Below are positions 19,373 to 28,768 of a DNA stretch of 50,646 nucleotides, piece by piece (position 1 is the stretch's first letter; each line of letters starts with the position of its first letter). The notes under the pieces were generated by a model. The model did no database searches, was not told the origin of the DNA, and saw nothing but the letters and a program-made list of their open reading frames with translations. Source of the DNA: Eubacteriales bacterium (lineage in GTDB: Bacteria; Bacillota; Clostridia; Oscillospirales; CAG-272); assembly GCA_045652135.1 (NCBI GenBank), contig JAZRTS010000168.1, positions 1 through 50,646 of the forward strand. The letters run 5' to 3'. Both the position numbers and the translations under genes were made by a program.

Positions 19373-20416
19373 ATGTATATATTAGGGCTTGAAAGCTCGT
19401 GCGACGAAACATCGGCATCTGTAATTTATACTGATACCGAAAAAAACATAAACCAAATACTGTCTAATATTGTTGCATCTTCTGTTAATGAACATGCGCT
19501 TTACGGCGGTGTTGTACCCGAAATCGCAAGCAGAGCACACATAGAGGCAATTTCAAATGTTACTTATGCGGCGTTGAATGAAGCAGGTGTGTCGCTTTCT
19601 GATATAGGATGCATTGCGGTCACGTCACGTCCGGGTCTTATCGGTTCGTTGCTTGTTGGTGTTAATTTCGCCAAGTCTTTGGCATATGCCAATAATATAC
19701 CGCTTGTAAGCGTTCACCATATAAAAGGACATATTGCGGCGAACTATCTGTCTGATGATCCGCCCAAGCCGCCCTTTTTTGCTTTTGTCGTTTCGGGCGG
19801 TCACACCTCTTTGATAGATGTAAAAAACTATGAGGATATGGAAACGGTCGGAGTTACACGTGACGATGCCATAGGCGAAGCGTTTGATAAAGCCGGACGT
19901 GTTCTCGGACTCAGTTATCCTTGCGGCGCTGATATGGACAAGCTTGCCTATGAGGGTGATGCGGATGCGATCAAATTTCCGCTTGCAGCGATAAAGGATG
20001 ACAGCCTTGATTTTTCTTTTTCGGGACTTAAAACAGCGGTTATCAATTATGTTAATCGCATGACGATGAAGGGCGAAGAAATCAACCGCGCAGATGTTGC
20101 AGCGTCGTTTACAAAAACAGTTTGTGATTCTGTTATCAAAAAGACAGAAATGGCTTATGAAAGATACAAATTTAAAAAGCTTGTTTTGTCAGGCGGTGTT
20201 GCGGCGAACTCTCATTTAAGACGTGTGTTGTCTGAATTCTGTGAAAATAATGGAATTTCCTTTTACTGTCCGCCCATTTCTTTGTGCGGAGATAACGGCG
20301 CAATGATTGCCGCACAGGGAAAATATGAGTATTTAAGCGGTAATTTTGAAACAACTGCACTCAATGGGAAAGCATCTGAACAGGTGTGCCCAAGACGTGT
20401 CAACAGTTGTGAATAA
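19373..20416 (+). CDS. tsaD: tRNA threonylcarbamoyladenosine biosynthesis protein TsaD
   Basis: ILGLESSCDETS, GGVVPEIASRAH, HH..GH, SGGHT, DDAIGEAFDK, DNGAMI. Confidence 0.97.
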   Translation: MYILGLESSCDETSASVIYTDTEKNINQILSNIVASSVNEHALYGGVVPEIASRAHIEAISNVTYAALNEAGVSLSDIGCIAVTSRPGLIGSLLVGVNFAKSLAYANNIPLVSVHHIKGHIAANYLSDDPPKPPFFAFVVSGGHTSLIDVKNYEDMETVGVTRDDAIGEAFDKAGRVLGLSYPCGADMDKLAYEGDADAIKFPLAAIKDDSLDFSFSGLKTAVINYVNRMTMKGEEINRADVAASFTKTVCDSVIKKTEMAYERYKFKKLVLSGGVAANSHLRRVLSEFCENNGISFYCPPISLCGDNGAMIAAQGKYEYLSGNFETTALNGKASEQVCPRRVNSCE

Positions 20417-20660
20417 AAGTTCACAATTTTCGGCGAAATGACGGCAAAAATCGTCAGTACGTCTCCATTTTTCTACAAGAAACCGTCTTTTTATTCATTC
20501 AAATGAGTACTTATTAATCCCGTTTTATATGGAACGAATGTGGAAAACTTGTGGATTATTTGTAAGATTTGGCTGTTAATGCCCGGATTTTAATATGAAA
20601 ATGTGGAAAACCATGTGGAATGTGTGGATTACTCAAAGTTAACACCTGTATTTTTACACA
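20408..20660. promoter_or_regulatory. DnaA-box cluster (7 boxes)
   Basis: TT(A/T)TNCACA matches at 20408-16(-), 20539-47(-), 20602-10(-), 20652-60(+); 1-mismatch boxes at 20550-58 and 20623-31; 2-mismatch box at 20614-22. Confidence 0.75.
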
Positions 20661-20769
20661 GCTTTTTAGTTTGGTAATATCGCACAAAAGAAATAAAGAT
20701 CAAAACGTTTTGAGTGTTTGCGGCAGTTTTGATTTATATTAATTGAAAATGAATTAAAAATTAATAAAA

Positions 20770-20791
20770 ATGTTTCGGAATTCCGAAACAT
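20770..20791. promoter_or_regulatory. Perfect 22-bp palindrome, candidate operator
   Basis: ATGTTTCGGAATTCCGAAACAT, just upstream of the RBS (GGAGG) of the dehydrogenase. Confidence 0.55.
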
Positions 20792-20809
20792 AATTCGGAG
20801 GTCTTTTAA

Positions 20810-21982
20810 ATGAACGAAGAAATGAAAAAATACGAAGCTTGTGTTGAAGATGCGGCTGAAAAATTTAAGGCTCTTATGTATGAACAGCTTGCACGAGTTG
20901 AAAAAATAAACGCATCGAAGGATTTTGTTGATTACACGAAGCTTGATAAAATAGTTATCGGCGTTACAGGCGGCGACGGTATCGGTCCGACTATAACAAA
21001 TGCTGCGGCAAGCGTGCTTGAATCCTTGCTTGCCGATGATATAGCAAGTGGAAAGATCGAGATAAGATATATCGATGGATTGACTATCGAAAACCGTGTT
21101 AAGCACATGCAGGCAATACCTGATGATGTAATGGAAGAACTTTATAAGTGTGATGTTATACTCAAGGGCCCGACAACGACACCGCATCAGGGTGACGGTC
21201 TGCCTAACATCGAAAGTGCAAACGTTGCTATGCGTAAAAATCTTGACCTTTTTGCAAATCTCCGTCCCGTTAAGGTTCCGGATAAGGGAATTGACTGGAC
21301 ATTTTTCAGAGAGAATACTGAAGGTGCGTATGCTGTCGGAAGCAAAGGTGTTCACGTGACGGACGATTTAGGTGTTGATTTTACGGTTGCAACAAGCGAA
21401 GGTTGCGAAAGAATCGCACGTCTTGCTTATGAATTTGCAAGAAAGAATAACAAGGAAAGAGTTTCGATCGTTACAAAGGCAAATATTATCAAGACTACAG
21501 ACGGTAAGTTCTTGAATATTGCAAAAAAAGTCGGTGAGGAATATCCCGAAATCACAACTGACGAATGGTTTATCGACATTATGACTGCAAAGCTTGTTGA
21601 CGAAAAGCGCAGAGGTGATTTCAAAGTATTTATCCTTCCCAACCTTTACGGAGATATTATTACAGACGAAGCAGCTGAATTCCAGGGCGGCGTAGGTACT
21701 GCGGGAAGCGCAAATATCGGTAAGAAGTATGCGATGTTTGAAGCTATTCACGGTTCTGCACCCAGAATGGTAAATGAAGGTCGCGCTATATATGCAGATC
21801 CATGCTCAATGCTCAGAGCAACAGTGCTTCTTCTTTCTCACATCGGTTATCAGGCTGAAGCTGACAAGCTCTCAAATGCGCTTGATATCTGCATGTTTGA
21901 AGAAAAGCGCATCAAGGTTACGGGCAGAGATACCGGCGCTACGTGCGAAGAATTTACGGCATACGTAAAAGAAAAACTTTAA
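20810..21982 (+). CDS. Isocitrate/isopropylmalate dehydrogenase family protein
   Basis: GDGIGP, LKGPTTTP, SANVAMRK.LDLFANLRP, RENTEG, KANIIK.TDG, PNLYGDI, FEAIHGSAP. Confidence 0.93.
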   Translation: MNEEMKKYEACVEDAAEKFKALMYEQLARVEKINASKDFVDYTKLDKIVIGVTGGDGIGPTITNAAASVLESLLADDIASGKIEIRYIDGLTIENRVKHMQAIPDDVMEELYKCDVILKGPTTTPHQGDGLPNIESANVAMRKNLDLFANLRPVKVPDKGIDWTFFRENTEGAYAVGSKGVHVTDDLGVDFTVATSEGCERIARLAYEFARKNNKERVSIVTKANIIKTTDGKFLNIAKKVGEEYPEITTDEWFIDIMTAKLVDEKRRGDFKVFILPNLYGDIITDEAAEFQGGVGTAGSANIGKKYAMFEAIHGSAPRMVNEGRAIYADPCSMLRATVLLLSHIGYQAEADKLSNALDICMFEEKRIKVTGRDTGATCEEFTAYVKEKL

Positions 21983-22018
21983 TTCCGGCACTTTTAGTGC
22001 TGTTGAAAGGTAACTGAT

Positions 22019-22735
22019 ATGGCACTTGAAAGCAAGAAGAATATCTTTGATGAAAAGCGCTTGCGCGCCAAGCGTGAAAATATGAATTCATACACGGTGT
22101 CAGCTTCCGTTATGCGTAGAATGCCGAGATATTTCAGATTTTTGCGAGATCTTCTGAATAACGATATTTTACGTATATCATCCGGTGATCTTGCGAAGCT
22201 TATGGATATAACTCCATCGCAGGTGCGTCAGGATTTTAACAGCTTCGGCGACTTTGGCCAGCAGGGATACGGATATAACGTTAAGTTTTTGTATACGCAG
22301 GTCAGTAGGATACTTTGCGTCAATAAAAAATATTCCGCTGTAATTATCGGTGCAGGAGATATAACGAAAGCACTGTTGGCAACTAATATTTTTGATATCA
22401 GAGGTATACGTGTAAAAGGGGTGTTTTCCTATAACGAAGGCGACATCGGTGCGAAATACAACGATCTCACTGTTTCGTCGGTAACCGAGCTTAAGGATTT
22501 TTGCAAAGATGATATTTCTATTGCCGTACTTGCTTTGCCGGAGGCTGTTGATGGTATTTGTGACACTCTTGCCGATTGCGGCATCAAAGGTGTATGGAAT
22601 TTTTCGACAAGTGAATTGCATTCCGAAAGAATAAAATGTCAGAATGTAATGCTTGGTGATACACTTATGCTTCTTATGAATGAAATTAACGAAAATGAAT
22701 TTTCGGGAAACGGAGAAAACAAAAATGGAAATTAA
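22019..22735 (+). CDS. rex: Rex-family redox-sensing transcriptional repressor (divergent NADH site)
   Basis: RRMPRYFR.L, ISS..LA, QVRQDF..FG.FGQQGYGYNV winged helix; Rossmann domain IIGAGD, GVWNF; start may be 22082. Confidence 0.88.
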   Translation: MALESKKNIFDEKRLRAKRENMNSYTVSASVMRRMPRYFRFLRDLLNNDILRISSGDLAKLMDITPSQVRQDFNSFGDFGQQGYGYNVKFLYTQVSRILCVNKKYSAVIIGAGDITKALLATNIFDIRGIRVKGVFSYNEGDIGAKYNDLTVSSVTELKDFCKDDISIAVLALPEAVDGICDTLADCGIKGVWNFSTSELHSERIKCQNVMLGDTLMLLMNEINENEFSGNGENKNGN

Positions 22736-23693
22736 TTATTCTGCTCATGTTTTGTCCGTTCCTCTTGACTCTGTATTCCGTGTAATACAAACAGCAACAG
22801 CTGATCAGTTCCGTGTTTTACTTTATATCTGCTCAAACAGTGCGTTTCGTAAGGAGCCGGAAAAAAACAGAGCGCTTGCAGTTAAGGATTTGCATATGCA
22901 GTGGGCGGATATTGAGGAAGCCATAAGTTTTTGGAATAAAAACGGTGCATTTTTGAATTCTGATGATATACAAACGCCTGTTATAGAAAAGAAAGGTAAA
23001 TCATCCGATTTACTTAAACGTGATGCTCCGGAATATTCAAGCGAAGAAACGGCTGTTATTATTGAAAAGAGCGACGAACTCAAGCGTCTTATTGATAAAT
23101 GCAGTGCAATGCTTGGCAAAATGCTCAATAAAAATGAAATTGCACACATTGTTTCTATGTATGAATATTTAAGACTTTCTCCCGAATACATAGAAAAAAT
23201 GTTTGACTATTGTATCAAAAACGATAAAAAATCCGTTGTGTATATTTCACGCATGGTCTACAGTATGTTTGAAAACGATATAACGACGATAGATGAGCTT
23301 GAAAGTCATCTTGCCAAAGAAGACATTAAAAACGATCTTTTATACGGAATAAAGGAGCTTTTGGGAATCGGCGCACGCGCGCTTACCTCAAAGGAAAAGA
23401 ACAGCTTTGCCAAGTGGATAGAAGAATACGGTATGTCATATGAGATGATAAAAGAGGCATATGAAATAACCGTTGACCGAACGGGTGAGTCGGCAATAGG
23501 GTATATGGGAGCAATACTCAAGCGTTGGCACTCAGAAGGTTTTACGACAGTTGAAGAAACTAAGGCAGAGGCCGAAAGCTATAAGGCAAGCCAAAAAGAA
23601 AAGGAAAACAAAGACAAAAAACAGCTTGGTAATTTCGATGAAGACGAATTTATGACAGCCGCTATCAAACGAAGTTATAAGGATAAAAAATAA
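22725..23693 (+). CDS. DnaD/DnaB-domain replication protein
   Basis: Two DnaB_2-like repeats (YISRMVYS; YMGAILKRWHSEG); RBS GGAG favours ATG 22725. Confidence 0.85.
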   Translation: MEINYSAHVLSVPLDSVFRVIQTATADQFRVLLYICSNSAFRKEPEKNRALAVKDLHMQWADIEEAISFWNKNGAFLNSDDIQTPVIEKKGKSSDLLKRDAPEYSSEETAVIIEKSDELKRLIDKCSAMLGKMLNKNEIAHIVSMYEYLRLSPEYIEKMFDYCIKNDKKSVVYISRMVYSMFENDITTIDELESHLAKEDIKNDLLYGIKELLGIGARALTSKEKNSFAKWIEEYGMSYEMIKEAYEITVDRTGESAIGYMGAILKRWHSEGFTTVEETKAEAESYKASQKEKENKDKKQLGNFDEDEFMTAAIKRSYKDKK

Positions 23694-24667
23694 TGAGTTA
23701 TAGAGACGATATATACATATCGGTCAAACGTTCGTTTGACGAAAATGCGCAAAAGGCACGCCGCGAAGCAGATGAAAAAAGGCGCAGACTTTCCGAAAAA
23801 TATCCCGATATGGCAGAAGTGGAAGCAGAGCTTTCGCAAACGGCGCTTTCTGTTTTTAAGGCGGCAACAGACGGCCGTGCGAGCCTTGACGAAAAGCTTG
23901 CACAGCTTAAGGAAAGAAATAGGGAATTGCTTTTGAAGCGTTCCGAACTTCTCAAAAAGTACGGTTATCCGCAGGATTATTTTATGCCTGAATACAGATG
24001 CGAAAAATGCTCTGATACGGGAACATTTGAGGGAAAAATGTGCATTTGTATGAAAAATGAGCTTACAAAGCGAATGACTCAAATTTCAGGTCTTGGTATT
24101 CTTGCTGAAAAAATGACATTTGAGAATTTCGACCTTTCGTATTACGGTGATAATTCGAATGAATATGAAAATATGCAGTTTATATTCGGTAAACTGAAGG
24201 AATATGTTGAATCGTTTTCCAAGGAAAATAATGACAGTTTGCTTCTTCTCGGTACTACCGGTACAGGTAAAACGCATTTGTCCGTAGCTCTTGCCGCAGA
24301 CGTTATCAAACGTGGATATTACGTAATATATAACACGGCGCAGAATGTTTTTGCTGATTTTGAATATGATAAATTCAAACGAACTCAGAATGAGCCGGCG
24401 ATAAGCGAAAAGTATTTCGATTGCGAGCTTCTTGTAATTGACGATCTCGGAACGGAAAACGTAAATCAGTTTACAACGTCGTGCCTTTACAATCTCGTTA
24501 ATACAAGATATTGCGAGGGTAAGGCGATGATAATAAATACAAACCTTTCTCATAAAGAACTCAGAACAAAATATGACGACAGAATCTTTTCAAGACTTGC
24601 CGGCGAATTCAAACCGTTTGTTTTCACCGGTAAGGATATAAGACTGAAGAAGCTGTTGATGGATTAA
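23693..24667 (+). CDS. DnaC/DnaI-like helicase loader ATPase
   Basis: CEKCSDTG..C.C zinc site, TFENF, GTTGTGKTHL, LLVIDDLGTE, RIFSRL. Confidence 0.9.
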   Translation: MSYRDDIYISVKRSFDENAQKARREADEKRRRLSEKYPDMAEVEAELSQTALSVFKAATDGRASLDEKLAQLKERNRELLLKRSELLKKYGYPQDYFMPEYRCEKCSDTGTFEGKMCICMKNELTKRMTQISGLGILAEKMTFENFDLSYYGDNSNEYENMQFIFGKLKEYVESFSKENNDSLLLLGTTGTGKTHLSVALAADVIKRGYYVIYNTAQNVFADFEYDKFKRTQNEPAISEKYFDCELLVIDDLGTENVNQFTTSCLYNLVNTRYCEGKAMIINTNLSHKELRTKYDDRIFSRLAGEFKPFVFTGKDIRLKKLLMD

Positions 24668-24670
24668 TGT

Positions 24671-24707
24671 AAATCAGCCTATACGTAATAAACGCATAGG
24701 CTGATTT
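24671..24707. terminator. Bidirectional terminator
   Basis: AAATCAGCCTAT...ATAGGCTGATTT hairpin between convergent genes. Confidence 0.85.
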
Positions 24708-25583
24708 TTATTTGTCGATGTACGGGGTGTTTTCAAACCCGGTGTTTTGTAATTTTGTAACTGTTTTATCCAATAGACACTTTCCTATTTTCAAAAATAA
24801 CGAATTATTTCCGAACCATTTTACAAGTGTCGGGCTTACTGCGTAGTAAAACTTTATAAACAAACTACCAAAACAGCTGTTTGCAAGTACCTGATCTCGG
24901 AATCTTCGAAGCACCCAAACTTCAGGACAGTTATATGATCCGTAAATACAAGTAGCGACATAACACCCTTGTTTTCTCGAAGTAGTTTTATTTGAAGATT
25001 GCTTTTCTGAATTGTCAAAGTGATGTATACGTGCAATAGGGAATTTTGCAAGAGCTTCGTCGATACGTTCCTTTATGTATTCTTGTTTTACACCGTATGA
25101 AGTCCATAATTTTATGATTGGTATTCCTGCTTCTTCGCAGATATCACGTACTTTTTCATCTCTTTCCTTACGATCTTTGTTCAAATGTGTCTGGTCATTG
25201 ATTTCTATGACTAACTTCGGTGTATATTCCGAATCTGTTATTAGAAAATCTACATTCCTGAATAGCTCGTTGTGAAATCTGGAGTTATCGGTACGTTCAA
25301 TAAATGCTGCCAAGTTTATTTGAGGAAAAACATAGTAATTTTCAGGTAATGATGCTTTTATGGCTGCATAAAATTCCTGTTCCGATGTAGTTATCAATGT
25401 TCTTTTTAAATCATAGAGATAAACGTCGTTGTTAATAATTTTTGGCAACGGGCAAGGTGCATCTTTATAATGCCATTTGCCGCATTTTTCGCATTTTATA
25501 ATTTCTCCGTTCTCTTTCTTTATATTACAAGCTTTACATAGTGGATATTTTCCACTTTCAGCGCCGCAAATATTACATTTCAT
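24708..25583 (-). CDS. DUF2726 (PD-(D/E)xK-like) protein with N-terminal Zn fingers and C-terminal CFI-box-CTERM-like domain
   Basis: CxxC..CxxC..CxxC..H..C; VDFLI...IEINDQTH..R.ERD..V..IC..AGIP; GCYVATCIYGSY..PEV.VLRRFRD. Confidence 0.75.
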   Translation of the reverse strand: MKCNICGAESGKYPLCKACNIKKENGEIIKCEKCGKWHYKDAPCPLPKIINNDVYLYDLKRTLITTSEQEFYAAIKASLPENYYVFPQINLAAFIERTDNSRFHNELFRNVDFLITDSEYTPKLVIEINDQTHLNKDRKERDEKVRDICEEAGIPIIKLWTSYGVKQEYIKERIDEALAKFPIARIHHFDNSEKQSSNKTTSRKQGCYVATCIYGSYNCPEVWVLRRFRDQVLANSCFGSLFIKFYYAVSPTLVKWFGNNSLFLKIGKCLLDKTVTKLQNTGFENTPYIDK

Positions 25584-25618
25584 AATAGCCCCATCCTGTG
25601 TTATGAATTATAGTGTAG

Positions 25619-26989
25619 TTAACCTATTATGCGCATCAGATATTCATCGTTCATAAATGTTTCCATATTATAGAGGATAAGTACCTTTGAAACGGTTTCT
25701 TCCGATGCATATTGCATAACGGTTTTATTTATGTTTCCATCAGGAATATAATAACGCATATCAAGTATTATGAGGTCGTAGTGATATGCAAGGAAAGGCG
25801 CAAGCGAATGCGCAAAGCTGTCCTTTATAAGCACAAGTTTTTCTCTGTTGCCATCGCCATCCTTTGTGATAAGAGTCAAAGGGTTGTTACCGCCGAATGT
25901 GAAATTGTCATGACCTAAAAATGCACTGTATTTATCGGCATCTGCGAGATATTTTCTGTTATAAAAGCCTTTGTATTCGGTTACTTCTTCTCCAACGGGA
26001 ACTGTTGTTGTGAATTGCTCATCATTTTCAAAACGGAAAAATGTTATTGTGTCAGCACCTGACGGAGCAATGCCCGATTTTGCATATACAGTACCGAGAA
26101 AATCTTCACTTGCAATTTCTTTTGTGAATGCATTTAACGGTAACGGCTCTTCGCCGAGTGATTTTATTATTTCGGTATATGCGTAGTATGCGCCGAGCGT
26201 TGTCCAGTGGTGGTCTGTTTTATAATAAACGTATTCACCGTTATTTGCGTGCTCGCGAAGCGGGGAGAGTATATCAATAGTATTTATTCCTGCCTTTTCA
26301 GCACCGCTTGTATACGCTTCCCAGAAAGCGTAGTTGTCATCAGAAGGATAAAGTGACGGGAGTATACTTTCGTGAACGTCTACCGTACGGCCTGCGATTG
26401 CTGTGTAGACTTCAGTTTCCGTCCCGCCGAGCATTTTGCTTAAATAATTGATATATCCTATATTTTGTGTTATGTTTTTAACGGCATCTTCACTGTTTCT
26501 GTCACGTATATTGCCGTCTTCGTCTTTTGTTGTTCCCGTTATTGTATCGGGATTTATAAGCATACCGTCTGAAATTATTATACCGTTTGACTCATTTTTA
26601 CAAAGCAACATTTCGGTATAGCCCTTCAACATTCGCATGGCATTTCTGCCGGGAAACTGGTCGGCATAATATTCGGCAATTTCGTCAGCGAAATCCTCGC
26701 GTTCTTCTTTTAATGCCTGCTTTTCTTCATAGGTCATAAATATCTCGTTGAAGTCTTGCTTGAAGTCGTTGATAAATCTTTCAAGTGACATTTCGGGCAA
26801 CTGTTTCAAGCTTCTTTTTTCTTCTCCGGAATACTCATTATCGGGTATTATCCAGAATGCGACAGATACGGCGAATATCAAAATGAGAAATACAGCCGTT
26901 GTTATAATATTTGATTTTTTTGCTTTAGGAGCCAACTCAAGCTGTTTGTCAAGCAAAATTTCAGCTTCTGGCTTTTTCATTTCACTCAT
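25619..26989 (-). CDS. DHHW-family (AlgJ/DltD-like SGNH) O-acyltransferase partner
   Basis: N-terminal TM, DQFPGR, YYKTDHHWT..GAYYAY, KDSFA. Confidence 0.88.
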   Translation of the reverse strand: MSEMKKPEAEILLDKQLELAPKAKKSNIITTAVFLILIFAVSVAFWIIPDNEYSGEEKRSLKQLPEMSLERFINDFKQDFNEIFMTYEEKQALKEEREDFADEIAEYYADQFPGRNAMRMLKGYTEMLLCKNESNGIIISDGMLINPDTITGTTKDEDGNIRDRNSEDAVKNITQNIGYINYLSKMLGGTETEVYTAIAGRTVDVHESILPSLYPSDDNYAFWEAYTSGAEKAGINTIDILSPLREHANNGEYVYYKTDHHWTTLGAYYAYTEIIKSLGEEPLPLNAFTKEIASEDFLGTVYAKSGIAPSGADTITFFRFENDEQFTTTVPVGEEVTEYKGFYNRKYLADADKYSAFLGHDNFTFGGNNPLTLITKDGDGNREKLVLIKDSFAHSLAPFLAYHYDLIILDMRYYIPDGNINKTVMQYASEETVSKVLILYNMETFMNDEYLMRIIG

Positions 26990-26999
26990 AACTGTCTCC

Positions 27000-28418
27000 T
27001 TAGAATCTGAAGTATAAGAACGGATTGAAGCTTGAATCTACAAGATATGCAATGCTTACCGTAAGGAATACCAATGTAACAACCGGGACGGCATATCTGT
27101 AAACCGTGCCGAGCTTGTTTTCGCTGAAATAAAGCTTGTAGAAAAGCTTTTTGGGAAGCGGTGTGCAAGCAATACAAAGAATAGCTACGAATACGAGATT
27201 TCTTGAAATTTCATACGCATCGGGTGCTGTAAGAAATCCTGCACCGTTTACGCCAAACATATTCTTTACATACTCAAAGCCTGCACCGATATCCTCAAAT
27301 ACGAATAAGAGCCAACCGAACAGCACTATCAAAAGTGTATAAATGTGGCGGAAGAATGAGGGGATTTTTTCAAGCAACTTGAGAAGAAAACCTTTTTCAA
27401 GCATCAGAATTATGCCGTAGTAAACACCCCAAAGTATGTAATTCCAATAAGCGCCGTGCCAAATACCTGTGAGAAGCCAAACGATAAGGAGGTTTCTGTA
27501 TGTTTTAAACTTTCCTTTTCTCGAACCGCCGAGGGGGAAATATACGTTATCTCTGAACCAGGTGGACAAAGACATGTGCCATCTGCGCCAGAATTCCGTA
27601 ATGCTTTTTGAAATATAGGGGTAATTGAAGTTTTCCAAAAAGCGGAAGCCGAGCATTTTACCAAGACCTATTGCCATATCGGAATATGCTGAGAAGTCAA
27701 AGTAAAGCTGCAGGGAATAGCACATAATACCGAACCAGGCGCCAAGTATCGAACGCTCATCTGTCGGAATATCTCTGAAATAATACCACGCTTCGCCTAT
27801 TGCGTTTGCGAATACTATCTTTTTAGCAAGACCTGCAGTAAACGTTCTTACACCTGAAGCGAACATATCAACGGATTCGAAACGCTCATTTAGCTGATCG
27901 TCAACATCTTTGTATCTTACAATAGGTCCTGCGATGAGCTGGGGGAAAAGTGTTACATAAGCACCGAATGAGGTGATTTTTTTCTGAACGTTTGCATCCC
28001 CTCTGTAAACGTCGATAACATACGAAAGAGCCTGGAAGGTATAGAATGAAATACCTATCGGCAGTTCAAGCCCAAGAAGCGGGATGTTTACACCCGGGAT
28101 AAGATTCAGTATGCTTCCGACGATAAAATCGTAGTATTTGAAAAATCCCAAAATGGCAAGATTAATTATTACACTGATCACTAATACTGTTTTTGCTTTT
28201 TTTCGGTTTTCCCGATATTTGTCAACAAAATATCCGCAAATGTAATCCACAATTATTGTGAATACCATAAGCGCAATATAGACACGCTCGCCCCAGCCGT
28301 AAAAAATAAGGCTTATGATAAGAAGCCAGATGTTTTTCAGCTTTCTCGGAACGAGAAAGTATACCGCCAGCGTGATCGCCAGGTATAAAAATAAAAATTC
28401 AAGACTTGAAAAGACCAT
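27000..28418 (-). CDS. MBOAT family O-acyltransferase (AlgI/DltB-like)
   Basis: MVFSS..FL, LPIGISFYTFQ, FPQLIAGPIVR, DFSAYSDMAIG, FWRRWHMSL, GIWHGA; RBS GGAG gives start 28418. Confidence 0.95.
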   Translation of the reverse strand: MVFSSLEFLFLYLAITLAVYFLVPRKLKNIWLLIISLIFYGWGERVYIALMVFTIIVDYICGYFVDKYRENRKKAKTVLVISVIINLAILGFFKYYDFIVGSILNLIPGVNIPLLGLELPIGISFYTFQALSYVIDVYRGDANVQKKITSFGAYVTLFPQLIAGPIVRYKDVDDQLNERFESVDMFASGVRTFTAGLAKKIVFANAIGEAWYYFRDIPTDERSILGAWFGIMCYSLQLYFDFSAYSDMAIGLGKMLGFRFLENFNYPYISKSITEFWRRWHMSLSTWFRDNVYFPLGGSRKGKFKTYRNLLIVWLLTGIWHGAYWNYILWGVYYGIILMLEKGFLLKLLEKIPSFFRHIYTLLIVLFGWLLFVFEDIGAGFEYVKNMFGVNGAGFLTAPDAYEISRNLVFVAILCIACTPLPKKLFYKLYFSENKLGTVYRYAVPVVTLVFLTVSIAYLVDSSFNPFLYFRF

Positions 28419-28636
28419 AATTTCTCCATAATAAGGTATTTTAAAAAAATTATACAACGATTATCATCCTATTTCAATATCGAATTTATGTATGATATGA
28501 AAACAAAAAAGCCCGTTTTTAAGAAATTTTGAGGAAAAATATGTGCAAAATAGTGAAGAATCGGCTGTATTTTTGTTGTAAAAATAGTCAATGTGTCAAT
28601 GGAATTTACTTTTTAAGAGTGATAAAATATATATGA

Positions 28637-28750
28637 ACAGAGTAGGATATAAAGCGTATGCGGAAGTGTTTCCGCAGTGTCGGCAGGACGGGGAGTTGTC
28701 TGCCGAACGAATTGCCGTTTGGCTGCGGTTTTATATCCGCATCCCGCTGA
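28637..28750 (+). ncRNA. THF (tetrahydrofolate) class I riboswitch aptamer
   Basis: CAGAGTAG; P2 GATATAAA/TTTATATC; GCGT...GTG; P3 TCGGCAGG/TCTGCCGA with loop ACGGGGAGTTG pairing to ATCCC (pseudoknot); ACGAA; P4 GCC-GTTT-GGC; 3' CGCATCCCGCTG; lies upstream of folT. Confidence 0.9.
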
Positions 28751-28768
28751 ATATACAGTTTTTGTCTT

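Noticed and set aside
20408-20770. oriC
   Set aside because: No dnaA/dnaN/rpmH neighbours, no switch in gene orientation and no clear DnaA-trio; kept only as a DnaA-box cluster.
20666-21355. 229-aa minus-strand ORF
   Set aside because: Antisense to the dehydrogenase; composition is not protein-like.
23693-24667. IstB ATPase of an IS21 element or a phage replication module
   Set aside because: No istA, terminal repeats or phage genes; coupled to a DnaD-domain gene inside a housekeeping operon.
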